Positions 48,632 through 58,093 of a DNA stretch of 64,000 nucleotides are shown one piece after another. Position numbers and translations under genes: made by a program. Within the stretch, counting starts at the first letter, position 1, and each line of letters begins with the position of its first letter. The notes below the pieces were generated by a model. That model did no database searches and was not told the origin of the DNA. It saw only the letters and a list, made by a program, of their open reading frames with translations. The DNA is from an uncultured Gammaproteobacteria bacterium (GTDB taxonomy: Bacteria > Patescibacteriota > Patescibacteriia > 2-01-FULL-39-33): positions 15,419-79,418 of the forward strand of contig CAZHYS010000003.1 in NCBI GenBank assembly GCA_964536975.1. Reading direction: 5' to 3'.

Positions 48632-50050
48632 ATGCAATATTCAGTTGTAAAATTCAAAGGAGTTTTAGTCGATAATGACATATTCAGATTCGATGCTGAT
48701 TATTTTTATCCAAAATCATACAACCTTTATAAAACGATAATAAATAAAAATTTTGCAAGAGTGAAAGAAAGTTTTAATGTTACAAAATTAGCTGGTTTTG
48801 AATACACCAAATATTTTACTGATCCAAATATCAATTCAGACGATTTCTATATTGTTTTAACCAGTAAGAATATTCAAAACGAAGAATTGGTCTTAAATGA
48901 ATATCTTAAAATTGACAAAAAAGTTGCTGACGAATTTTTGAAGCGTTCTAACCTTAAAAAAGGAGATGTTGTTTTGTCATATACTGGGGAATATAGAAGA
49001 GCATTAGTTCTAGAAGAGAACGATTTTCAACTTGGACCAAATATCTGCCTCATTCGTAGCAAAAATAAAAATATCGATTCTTATTATTTATCTACTTTTT
49101 TAAATTCTAACGCTGGTCAGCTTTTACTTGATCGTGAAAAAACACTTTCTGCACAACCTACTGTCGCGATGTCAAGAATAAGAGAAATACCAATTCCGGT
49201 GTTAGATATAGATTTTCAAAATCGAATTGGTGAAATTATTACATCATCAAAAACAAAAAGAAAATCTGCAAACAATCTCTATTTCCAAGCCGAACAATTA
49301 CTCCTTTCCGACTTGGGGCTTTTGGACTGGAAGCCAAAGCACGAACTGGCTTTTGTCAAAAACTTTTCCGCAACACAAGAATCCGAGCGTTTTGACGCAG
49401 AGTATTTTCAACCAAAATACGAGGAAATCGTTGATGCAGTGAAAAAATACAAAGGTGGATTTGATGAATTGGGCAATTTGGTAAAAATCAAAGACAAGAA
49501 TTTTACGCCCAAAGACAACGAGCAATACAAATACATTGAGCTTGCCAACATTTCATCAAACGGCGAAATAAATGGCTACATTGAAAATTTTGGCAATGAA
49601 CTGCCGTCAAGAGCGCGTCGTAAAGTACAAAAAGGCGATCTGATTGTTTCGTCCATTGAAGGATCACTTGAAAGTATTGCTTTAATAACGGAAGACTGGA
49701 AAAACGCTTTATGCTCCACCGGATTTTTTGCTGTCAATTCAGATAAAATTAATTCCGAAACCTTGCTTATTATATTAAAAACAAAAATCGGGCAATTGCA
49801 ACTAAAGAAAGGTTGCAAAGGAACAATTTTAACCGCTATCGGCAAAGAGGAATTGTCCAAAATAGTTTTGCCAAAAATTGATTCAAAAACGCAACAAGAA
49901 ATCAAAAAGAAAATAACTGAGATGTACGAAACGAAAAAATTATCTAAATCATTACTTGAAATTGCCAAGCGAGGCGTGGAAATGGGAATAGAAAAAGACG
50001 AGCAAGAAGCAGAAAAATGGATCAATAAAGAGGTTAAAAAAATTAATTAA
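48632..50050 (+). CDS. Restriction-modification specificity subunit (HsdS-like, two TRDs)
   Basis: Duplicated RFDA(D/E)YF..P motifs, KKGDVV/QKGDLI, YLSTFLNS, IPIP. Confidence 0.85.
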   Translation: MQYSVVKFKGVLVDNDIFRFDADYFYPKSYNLYKTIINKNFARVKESFNVTKLAGFEYTKYFTDPNINSDDFYIVLTSKNIQNEELVLNEYLKIDKKVADEFLKRSNLKKGDVVLSYTGEYRRALVLEENDFQLGPNICLIRSKNKNIDSYYLSTFLNSNAGQLLLDREKTLSAQPTVAMSRIREIPIPVLDIDFQNRIGEIITSSKTKRKSANNLYFQAEQLLLSDLGLLDWKPKHELAFVKNFSATQESERFDAEYFQPKYEEIVDAVKKYKGGFDELGNLVKIKDKNFTPKDNEQYKYIELANISSNGEINGYIENFGNELPSRARRKVQKGDLIVSSIEGSLESIALITEDWKNALCSTGFFAVNSDKINSETLLIILKTKIGQLQLKKGCKGTILTAIGKEELSKIVLPKIDSKTQQEIKKKITEMYETKKLSKSLLEIAKRGVEMGIEKDEQEAEKWINKEVKKIN

Positions 50051-50053
50051 CAT

Positions 50054-50950
50054 ATGTCCACCTACTACAACCCAAACAGAGACGCCTCTTGGAACTATGG
50101 CGGAAATAATTGGAAATTAAGCCGGTCAAAGATTGATTTGTTTTTGGAATGTCCAAGATGTTTTTATTTGGATAATAAACTCGGCACAAAGCGAGTGCCC
50201 GGATTCCCTTTTTCTATAAATAGCGCGGTGGATTATCTTTTAAAGCAGGAGTTTGATTCCTATCGTGTTAAAAACGAACAACATCCACTTCAAAAAGAAT
50301 ATGGTATAGATGCTCGGCCAATGTCGCACGCCGAGCTGGATGAATGGCGGCGGAATTTTGGCGGCGTCAGATATCTGCACGAACCGACCGGACTGTTGGT
50401 GACCGGCGCGATTGATGATTTGTGGGTGACTATCCCTCCCACCTCCCCTAGCCCCTCCTCGGGCAGGAGGGGAAAGTTAGAATATTCGGCAAACCCCTCT
50501 GTGTCTCCCCTTGGAAAGGGGAGAAAGTCAGAAGATTTGGCAAACCTCTCCGCGTCTCTCCTTGGAAAGGGGGGAAAGTTTGAGCCGGAATGTATTGTGG
50601 TTGATTATAAAGCTACAGCCAAAGATGAGGCCGTAAAGGAATTAGATAAAGAGTGGCAAGATGGCTACAAACGGCAAATGGAGGTGTACCAGTGGCTACT
50701 GCGGAAAAATGGTTTGAAAGTCTCTGATGTTGGTTATTTTGTTTATTGCACCGGCAAAATGGATCGCCAGGCTTTTGACAAGAAGATTGAATTTGATGTT
50801 AATTTAATTGAACATAGAGGTGATGATTCTTGGGTAGAGAAAACTCTTTTTGACATCAAGAAGTGTCTGGACGGCGACGTCATCCCGAAGTCTGGCAAAA
50901 GTTGTGATTGGTGCGCTTATTTCGCGGCCAGAAAAAAATCAGAAAAATAA
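50054..50950 (+). CDS. PD-(D/E)XK nuclease (Cas4/AddB-like with Fe-S cysteines) carrying an in-frame repeat insertion
   Basis: LSRSKI..CPRC, GAIDD, VVDYK, QMEVY, CDWC. Confidence 0.85.
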   Translation: MSTYYNPNRDASWNYGGNNWKLSRSKIDLFLECPRCFYLDNKLGTKRVPGFPFSINSAVDYLLKQEFDSYRVKNEQHPLQKEYGIDARPMSHAELDEWRRNFGGVRYLHEPTGLLVTGAIDDLWVTIPPTSPSPSSGRRGKLEYSANPSVSPLGKGRKSEDLANLSASLLGKGGKFEPECIVVDYKATAKDEAVKELDKEWQDGYKRQMEVYQWLLRKNGLKVSDVGYFVYCTGKMDRQAFDKKIEFDVNLIEHRGDDSWVEKTLFDIKKCLDGDVIPKSGKSCDWCAYFAARKKSEK

Positions 50951-51058
50951 ATCTCCGGAGACATCTCCGGAGATCGCCAGTTGATTTTTGGTGAATAATG
51001 TGAAAAGATTATAATTGGTAAGAATACAATTAATATATTGGTCGGTGATATTTTAATT

Positions 51059-51559
51059 ATGCATGACAAAGAAAAAAATTACGCTTTTATTGATAGCCAA
51101 AATCTGAACCTGGGAATTCAGAGCTTGGGGTGGAAGTTGGATTACAAAAGATTTAGGATTTATTTGCGGGAGAAGTATGGCGTTGAAGTTGCCTATTTGT
51201 TTATTGGCTATATACCAGGAAATCAGGATTTATATTCATCGCTTCAATCTTGCGGGTATGTTTTGGTTTTCAAGCCGACCATTCCCGATCAGAATGGAAA
51301 TATAAAAGGAAATGTTGATGCCGACTTGGTTTTGCAGGCGTTATTGGATTATGAAAAATATGACAAGGCAGTTATCATCACAAGCGATGGAGATTTTTAT
51401 TCTTTGGTTAAATACTTATATCGGCAGGGCAAATTAAAATTTGTCATGAGCCCATATATCAAAACTTGTTCCATATTGCTCAAGAAAACAGCACAAGAAA
51501 GAATTATTTTTATGGATAATCTAGAGAAAAAACTTAGTTATAATAAAAAACACCGCTAA
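51059..51559 (+). CDS. NYN-domain (PIN-like) protein
   Basis: AFIDSQNL, KGNVDADL, ITSDGDF. Confidence 0.85.
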   Translation: MHDKEKNYAFIDSQNLNLGIQSLGWKLDYKRFRIYLREKYGVEVAYLFIGYIPGNQDLYSSLQSCGYVLVFKPTIPDQNGNIKGNVDADLVLQALLDYEKYDKAVIITSDGDFYSLVKYLYRQGKLKFVMSPYIKTCSILLKKTAQERIIFMDNLEKKLSYNKKHR

Positions 51560-51670
51560 GGGATGAGGCCCGTAGAGGTATTTTTTATGTGTATTCTGAT
51601 TGTATTATAAAGCGTTTTATAAACTTTGTCAATAGCGGTAAATATTATTAAAATTAAACAATCAAATTCC

Positions 51671-51889
51671 ATGCGAAAATTGGAAAAACAAAACATCCGC
51701 AAGCTCGGCAAGACCGGCCGCGGCGCCAGCATCACCATCACCCTGCCGATTGAAATCATTCGTGATTTAAAATGGCGCGACGGCCAAAATGTTGTGGTCA
51801 CTCGGCGCGGTCAAGGAATCGCGATCAGCGACTGGCCGGCCTCCGCTAAAGCTTCGGCGAGCCGAGGGAAACCGCAAAATAAAAAATAA
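51671..51889 (+). CDS. AbrB/MazE-type DNA-binding small protein
   Basis: NIRKL...SITITLPIEIIRDLKWRDGQNVVV. Confidence 0.7.
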   Translation: MRKLEKQNIRKLGKTGRGASITITLPIEIIRDLKWRDGQNVVVTRRGQGIAISDWPASAKASASRGKPQNKK

Positions 51890-51961
51890 TATTTTGTAAA
51901 TATAAGAAGTTATTGCATGCCCTTATTCGCGCGAATAGGAGAATAAGAAATATTTATATTT

Positions 51962-52320
51962 AGACCTCCCCTACCTCCTTCTCGTATTTTTATTACCCCT
52001 CATTGTTTGAAGGAGGGGTCGTCAAAATTGTAATCAGTTTGATTTTTCCTCCCCCTTGTTTGAAGGGGGAGGACAGGAGGGGGTGAAAAAATATTAATTA
52101 GACCTCCCCTTACCCCCTCCTTCAGACAAGGAGGGGGAAAAGATGCCAGCTCGGCTTCGCTCAGGGCAGGCTCCCTCCTCCATCCGCCAAAGGCGGACAA
52201 ATGGACAAGGAGGGGGAATAAATCCTGTATCTTTCCCTACCCCCCCCTCACCCCTAATTTTTAGCCCCTAACCCCTAATCGTTAAACGCTAACAGCTAAT
52301 CGCTAATTGCTAATCCCTGT
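51962..52320. repeat. CCCCT/AGGGG palindrome cluster plus CTAA heptamer array
   Basis: Several hairpins followed by aacgcta/acagcta/atcgcta/attgcta units. Confidence 0.75.
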
Positions 52321-52324
52321 CCAA

Positions 52325-53992
52325 ATGACCCAAAACGAAGCGTTGGAAATTTTGAAGCTCGGCCACAATGTTTATCTCACCGGTTCGGCCGGCAGTGGCA
52401 AGACATATTTGCTCAACAAGTATGTCGGTTTTTTGAAATCCGCCGGCGCGTCAATCGGCATCACCGCTTCCACCGGCATTGCCGCCAGCCACATCGGCGG
52501 CGTCACCATTCATTCCTGGGCCGGCATCGGCATCAAGGATCGGTTGTCAAAAGGCGATCTCTCCGACTTGCGGCGCAACAACCGAGTGCATCATCGGCTG
52601 GCCAAGGCTGCGGTTCTTATTATTGACGAAATATCAATGCTGGATGCCAAGCGGCTGGATTTGGCGGATATAGTTTGCCGCCGGCTGCGTGAAGACGACC
52701 GGCCGTTCGGCGGCTTGCAAGTGGTGTTGTGCGGCGATTTTTTCCAGCTCCCGCCGGTGAACCGCGGCCCGGGAAAAACCGATTTCGCCCCCGCCTCGGC
52801 GGCTTGGCAAGAATTGGATTTGAAAGTCTGCTATCTGACCGAACAGCATCGCCAGACCGATGACGGCTTTTTGAAAGTTCTAAACGACATCCGCTCCGGC
52901 CTCGCCAATGACGAGACCAAAAAGATTTTAGCCAGCCGGCAGGATCGCGAACCGGCTGGCGATGTTTTTGCCACCAAGCTTTATTCGCACAATTTCAATG
53001 TTGACGCGGTTAATGATTTTCATCTGGCGCAAATAGACGAAGAATCAAGAGTGTATCCGATGTCCGGCTACGGCTCTCATCGGCTGATCGCCGATTTGAA
53101 AAAGAGCTGTCTGGCCAAGGAAGACTTGGAGCTCAAAGAGGGCGCCGCCGTGATGTTTGTCAAAAATAATTTTGAAGAGGGCTACACCAACGGCACGCTC
53201 GGAACGGTGGTCGGCTTTGACGAAGGGAGCGGTTATCCGGTAGTGCGGATAAAATCCGGCCGGAAAATAATCGCCTCGCCGGTTTCTTGGGCGTATGAAT
53301 TGGACGGCGAGGTGATAGCGGTCATCCGCCAGGTTCCCCTGCGATTGGCTTGGGCGATTACCATTCATAAGAGCCAAGGCATGAGCTTGGACGCGGCGGA
53401 AATTGATTTGAGCCGATCATTTGAACGGGGGATGGGCTATGTCGCCCTCTCGCGCGTGCGGTCGCTCTCCGGCATCAAGCTGCTCGGCCTCAATGATTTG
53501 GCGATCAGGGTAAACGAAGAAATACTTCGGCTGGATCAGGATTTGATGGCGCAATCGGAAACGCTCGCGGCCCAGATGCGTGCGGCTGATGGGGCGGAAA
53601 TCGGGGCGAGGCAGGCCGCTTTTTTGCGCGCCATTTCCTCGGCCGATGGGGAGAACAAAGGGGAGAGCAAAAAGGCTTCGCCCAAAAAAGCCAAAGGCGA
53701 AACATACCAAGAGACGAAAAAATTGGTGTTGCAAAAAATGTCCCTTGCCGATATGGCCGCCGCTCGCGGCCTGGTTGAGGGGACGATCATCAGCCATTTG
53801 GAAAAATTGTCGGCCGGCGACAAGCAGCTGGACTTAGATTATTTGCGGCCGGACAGTGATCGATTGGAAACGATCGGGGCGGCGTTTAAAAGGACTGGCG
53901 ACATCGCCCTGGCGCCGGTCCGCGATCTGCTTGGCGAGGATTTTTCTTTTGAGGAATTGCGTTTGGCCAGATTGGTTTTGCGCTTGCTTTAG
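52325..53992 (+). CDS. Pif1-family SF1B helicase with C-terminal HTH
   Basis: TGSAGSGKT, IIDEISM, CGDFFQLPP, LAWAITIHKSQG, YVALSR. Confidence 0.9.
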   Translation: MTQNEALEILKLGHNVYLTGSAGSGKTYLLNKYVGFLKSAGASIGITASTGIAASHIGGVTIHSWAGIGIKDRLSKGDLSDLRRNNRVHHRLAKAAVLIIDEISMLDAKRLDLADIVCRRLREDDRPFGGLQVVLCGDFFQLPPVNRGPGKTDFAPASAAWQELDLKVCYLTEQHRQTDDGFLKVLNDIRSGLANDETKKILASRQDREPAGDVFATKLYSHNFNVDAVNDFHLAQIDEESRVYPMSGYGSHRLIADLKKSCLAKEDLELKEGAAVMFVKNNFEEGYTNGTLGTVVGFDEGSGYPVVRIKSGRKIIASPVSWAYELDGEVIAVIRQVPLRLAWAITIHKSQGMSLDAAEIDLSRSFERGMGYVALSRVRSLSGIKLLGLNDLAIRVNEEILRLDQDLMAQSETLAAQMRAADGAEIGARQAAFLRAISSADGENKGESKKASPKKAKGETYQETKKLVLQKMSLADMAAARGLVEGTIISHLEKLSAGDKQLDLDYLRPDSDRLETIGAAFKRTGDIALAPVRDLLGEDFSFEELRLARLVLRLL

Positions 53993-54234
53993 CCGCTTGC
54001 GGCCGCTTGCCTGTTCGCCTGGCGAAACTAAATCATTGTTGTGGTATAATATAAGAATAAATTTGGTTAATTTTTTAACCTCCCCCTACCCTCTCCTTTC
54101 CGCCCAAGGCGGACCGGCTACCCAGGAGGGGGAAGAAATATGGAATTTTTCCCTAATCGCTAATTGCTATCCTAAACGCTAATCGCCAACTCCTAACTCC
54201 TAATTCCTAACTCCTAATTTTTAACCCTAACCCC

Positions 54235-55164
54235 ATGCTACTCAAAATCAAAGAAGCGCTGTTCCGTCCGCTGGGCGGATTCGTGCCCGCGCCAATCAAG
54301 AATTTTTTCGCCCGGATCAGCCGGTCATTGTGGAAATTGGCGGTGGTCATAATTATCTTGGCTTCCGTTATTATTGTTTATAATGAGGCAATCTATCGGC
54401 TGGCGGATGACGACAGCGACTATTCGGATGAGGCGGTGAGCGAAGAAGAAACCGAAGCTGACGATTGCAATGTCATGGCTATAGAGCTTCATGGGTCGTT
54501 GCTTGACTATATTCCGCCGGAAAGCTTTGATACCGAGGGAAATCTTTTGTTTGATGAGACGGCTTCGGAAAATATTCTTGCCGCTATCAATTCCGCGCGT
54601 GACGACGAGAATATCAAAGCGGTTTTATTGGAAGTTGATTCTTACGGCGGTTCGCCTGTCGCCGGCGAAGAGGTGGCCAACGCTTTGAAAGGGTTGGACA
54701 AGCCGACTGTCGCCATGATTCGCAGTGGCGGGGCCTCGGGCGCCTATTGGGCGGCAACCGGCGCCGACAAGATATTCGCCTCGGCCAATTCCGATGTCGG
54801 CAGTATCGGCGTGACCATGTCTTATGTCAGCGAGGCCGACGAGGAGCTGGACGGAGGCTTGGTTTACAATCAATTGAGCGCCGGCAAATTCAAGGACTCC
54901 GGCGACCCGAACAAGTCGCTCTCCGCCGAGGAGAAAAAAATATTCATGCGGGATGTTAATATTATTCATGAAAATTTCATCGCCGCTGTCGTTGCCAATC
55001 GGAATCTGGATGCCGCCAAGGTGCGGGCGCTGGCCGACGGCTCCACCATGCTCGGGCAGATGGCGCTGGAGAATGGCTTGATTGACGCCATCGGCAGTTA
55101 TGACGAGGCAAAGGAGCATCTCAAAGAAATCATCGGCGAGGAAGCGATTCTCTGCTGGTATTAA
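54235..55164 (+). CDS. sppA: Signal peptide peptidase SppA (S49)
   Basis: DSYGGS, GASGAYW, VGSIGV, AGKFKD, GLIDAIG. Confidence 0.88.
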   Translation: MLLKIKEALFRPLGGFVPAPIKNFFARISRSLWKLAVVIIILASVIIVYNEAIYRLADDDSDYSDEAVSEEETEADDCNVMAIELHGSLLDYIPPESFDTEGNLLFDETASENILAAINSARDDENIKAVLLEVDSYGGSPVAGEEVANALKGLDKPTVAMIRSGGASGAYWAATGADKIFASANSDVGSIGVTMSYVSEADEELDGGLVYNQLSAGKFKDSGDPNKSLSAEEKKIFMRDVNIIHENFIAAVVANRNLDAAKVRALADGSTMLGQMALENGLIDAIGSYDEAKEHLKEIIGEEAILCWY

Positions 55165-55181
55165 AATAATTTTTAAAAGCA

Positions 55182-55925
55182 ATGCCCATCCTGCTGACTA
55201 AAATAAAAAATCAGATAATTTGTGAATTTTTGCCGCCGGCCAAATCGTCAAATCAGGTGGTGATTTTTTGTTTTGGCATGCCTAGTTATCCTGGCCGGCG
55301 CAGCGAGCTAATGGAATTTTTTTCCAAACGAGGCTATTGGGTTTTTATTCCCCGCTATCGTGGCAGTTGGGAAAGCACGGGTAAATTTTTGGCCAAGTCG
55401 CCGCATCTTGATGTCATAGACATTATCAATCAATTGCCGAAAGGATTTAAAGATTTGTGGAGTGGCGAGAAAAAGAAAATTTTTTCGCCCCAAGTTTTTC
55501 TGATCGGCTCCAGTTTTGGCGGTCCGGCCGCGCTTTTGGCTTCGGCCGACAAGCGAGTCAAAAAAGTAGTTGCCCTAGCGCCGGTGGTGGATTGGCTGAC
55601 GGAAGGTCCGGCTGAACCGCTTGACCATTTAGCTCGGTTTGTTAAAAATGCCTTTACTGGCGCGTATCGTTCGGACGACGATATCTGGAAAAAATTGCGA
55701 GGTGGCAAATTTTATAGTCCGTCATTTTCAGCATCAAAACTCGTCGCCGATAAAATCATGATTTTTCACGCTCGGGATGATGAAGTGGTACCGTTTGGAC
55801 CGACCGCTGAACTGGCGCGAAAAATCGGCGCCAAGTTCGTCCCGCTTGAATCAGGCGGACACGGCTTAGCCAGGCGCATAATGGAGCCGTTTTTTTGGCG
55901 GAAGATCAATAAATTTTTAAAATAA
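55182..55925 (+). CDS. Alpha/beta hydrolase (S9-like)
   Basis: RYRGSWES, GSSFGG, HARDDEVVP, GGH. Confidence 0.82.
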   Translation: MPILLTKIKNQIICEFLPPAKSSNQVVIFCFGMPSYPGRRSELMEFFSKRGYWVFIPRYRGSWESTGKFLAKSPHLDVIDIINQLPKGFKDLWSGEKKKIFSPQVFLIGSSFGGPAALLASADKRVKKVVALAPVVDWLTEGPAEPLDHLARFVKNAFTGAYRSDDDIWKKLRGGKFYSPSFSASKLVADKIMIFHARDDEVVPFGPTAELARKIGAKFVPLESGGHGLARRIMEPFFWRKINKFLK

Positions 55926-55929
55926 ATTT

Positions 55930-56859
55930 GTGAGAGAAAAAATGTCTTCAATTGAAGAAGAAAATTATGATGTAATGAAAATCACCATGGAGATGATTGG
56001 TAGTGTTTTGGAGTCCTCTGGAATTAGCACGGAAAAAGTTTCTTTTAAAAAAATTTCCAGAGAACAGAACAGCTCGACCAATACTTATATGATTGAGGCC
56101 GGTGGCGAGAGACATGTTTTAAAAATTTTTTCCAATGACGAATTATTCATCTCCAGCCGATTATTTTCATCACTGGCCGAAGAGGGCGGGATATCGGTGC
56201 CCGTTTTATTGAACTCATCGGACGAATGTTCCGACCTGGCGGCAAGCCATTGGATATTATGGGAGTGGTCGGTCGGTCAGCCGATTAATGAAATCAAAGA
56301 TTCGGATAAAAAAACCGCCGCCGCTGTTGAAGCCGGCCGGGTGCTTCGCAAGATGCACGATATTGATGTTAGCGGCGCGAAAGAATCAAATCCAACAGTT
56401 GAATTCTATCGTAAAAAAATAGATAACTTGCCGACAAACGATGTTTTTTCTGATGAGGAAAGAAAAAAGATAGTGAAACTTACTTTAGAAAGCGATGAGA
56501 TATCGTCTTTACAAAGATCGAAATTGATTCATGGAGATATAGCGGGAGATAACATTATTTTTGATGAAGCGACCGGTAAAGCAACTTTTATTGATCCGGG
56601 AGAAATAACCGCCGGAGATCCAATGATGGATTTGGCCGGTTCTCAGCGTCCTCGGCTGAGCCGCGAATTCCGAGAAGGAATTATGGCCGGCTATACAGCA
56701 GAAAAGCCATTGTCCCGGGAAGAGGAGAGTCGTTTTTTGAGATGGCTGCTTTTGAAAAATTTTATTTTCGTCTGTCGGCCTGGCGCAAGGGACAATAAGG
56801 AAGTAGAAAAAACTGTTGCGGATGTCCGTTCATTAATAGAGCAGATTGAAAATTTATAA
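55930..56859 (+). CDS. Aminoglycoside phosphotransferase/kinase-like protein
   Basis: HVLK, LIHGD...NII, FIDPG, GDPMMDLA. Confidence 0.8.
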   Translation: MREKMSSIEEENYDVMKITMEMIGSVLESSGISTEKVSFKKISREQNSSTNTYMIEAGGERHVLKIFSNDELFISSRLFSSLAEEGGISVPVLLNSSDECSDLAASHWILWEWSVGQPINEIKDSDKKTAAAVEAGRVLRKMHDIDVSGAKESNPTVEFYRKKIDNLPTNDVFSDEERKKIVKLTLESDEISSLQRSKLIHGDIAGDNIIFDEATGKATFIDPGEITAGDPMMDLAGSQRPRLSREFREGIMAGYTAEKPLSREEESRFLRWLLLKNFIFVCRPGARDNKEVEKTVADVRSLIEQIENL

Positions 56860-56932
56860 AAAATCTCGCTAATTAAGTCGCAAAATAAAAAAACTGCCTT
56901 GCCGTGATACCCTGTTTATGTTATGCAATCCC

Positions 56933-57135
56933 TCGAGTCGCGAGTTCCTTAGAGACGGGGCATGCCCCGTCTCTACAATTATTACCGATTACCGTCTCAC
57001 AGATAGTTCGGCTTTGCTCACCGTTAGCTTTATGGACTTTGCGAGCTTTATAGACTTTATGACTTCATAATTACTGATTACTGATTACCGATTTTCGACT
57101 TTATAGACTTTCGACTTTATGGACTTTACAGACTT
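56933..57135. repeat. Composite repeat block homologous to 35080-35200
   Basis: GTAG-type palindrome, attaccg/attactg heptamers, gacttt arrays. Confidence 0.7.
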
Positions 57136-57155
57136 CCGCATGTTATAATACCCTC

Positions 57156-57578
57156 ATGGAAAGCTATAAATCAGCCAAAATCTGGGAGCCGATTGATTTC
57201 ACGGTTTACTTTAAATTTGTCAGATGGTATGTCCTGCTCCTGCTTATTTTGGAAATCGGCTTAAGAATCTTTGTCGGCAATTATCCCAACAGCATTTTTT
57301 TTGAACAAATTGAACTGGTCGCCTGGGCGGTCAGGATTTTGGTTTTTGGCTTTATGGGATTTAAGGTCGTCAAACATTTTGGCCATAGCGCGGCTGTGGC
57401 CGCGATGGCCGGATTCTTGGCCGGCTTCAGTTCAGGGCTGGTCGTCTCGCTTTATCGTTTTTTTGACGGCATCACTGTCTGGAAATTTTTCAACATCATC
57501 ACGGAGACGATCCTGGTCGGCGCTGTCGGCGCGCTCGTGTGTGTGTTGATGATTTTTGTTTTGAGTTTTAAAAAATAA
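57156..57578 (+). CDS. Four-TM hypothetical membrane protein
   Basis: Hydrophobic ORF directly behind an extended -10 box. Confidence 0.7.
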   Translation: MESYKSAKIWEPIDFTVYFKFVRWYVLLLLILEIGLRIFVGNYPNSIFFEQIELVAWAVRILVFGFMGFKVVKHFGHSAAVAAMAGFLAGFSSGLVVSLYRFFDGITVWKFFNIITETILVGAVGALVCVLMIFVLSFKK

Positions 57579-57748
57579 TAACCACTCCCTATCCCGTTCG
57601 GCTTCGCTCAGGGCAGTCTCCTCCCCTTAGTAAAGGGAGGGGAGAACGGCCCCCAAATAAGGGATGGCAGGAGGGGTAAGGGAGGTTTTTTAAAAAAAAT
57701 AGTAGAAGTATTTTTCAAAAAATAATAATTCAAAAATAATTCAAATCT

Positions 57749-58072
57749 ATGTCAGAAACAAAAAAGGTCTCGGCCGAAGAAAAAGTCTGGGGAGCGATCG
57801 CTTATATTTGGATTTTGAGCTTGGTCGCTTTGGCGGCGCGCAAGAATAATGATTTTGTCCGCTTCCACGCCAATCAGGGACTTCTTCTTTTTGTCGCCTC
57901 AATTATTTTCTGGTTCATCCCGATTTTGGGCTGGTTGCTCAACTTGCTCATCGGCGTGATGGCCATTGTCGGCATTGTCAAAGCGCTTCAGGGCAAAAAG
58001 TGGGAATTGCCGGTCGCGGCCGATTTGGCCGATAAATTCGGCAATTGGCTGGTCAAGACTGTCAAATTGTAA
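57749..58072 (+). CDS. DUF4870-like membrane protein
   Basis: AIAY, FVRFHANQGL, GIVKALQGKKWELP. Confidence 0.75.
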   Translation: MSETKKVSAEEKVWGAIAYIWILSLVALAARKNNDFVRFHANQGLLLFVASIIFWFIPILGWLLNLLIGVMAIVGIVKALQGKKWELPVAADLADKFGNWLVKTVKL

Positions 58073-58093
58073 TTAAAACCATAAATTAATTTC

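Noticed and set aside
50054-50950. CRISPR-associated cas4
   Set aside because: Cas4-like cysteines are present but there is no cas1/cas2 or array; treated as a solo PD-(D/E)XK nuclease
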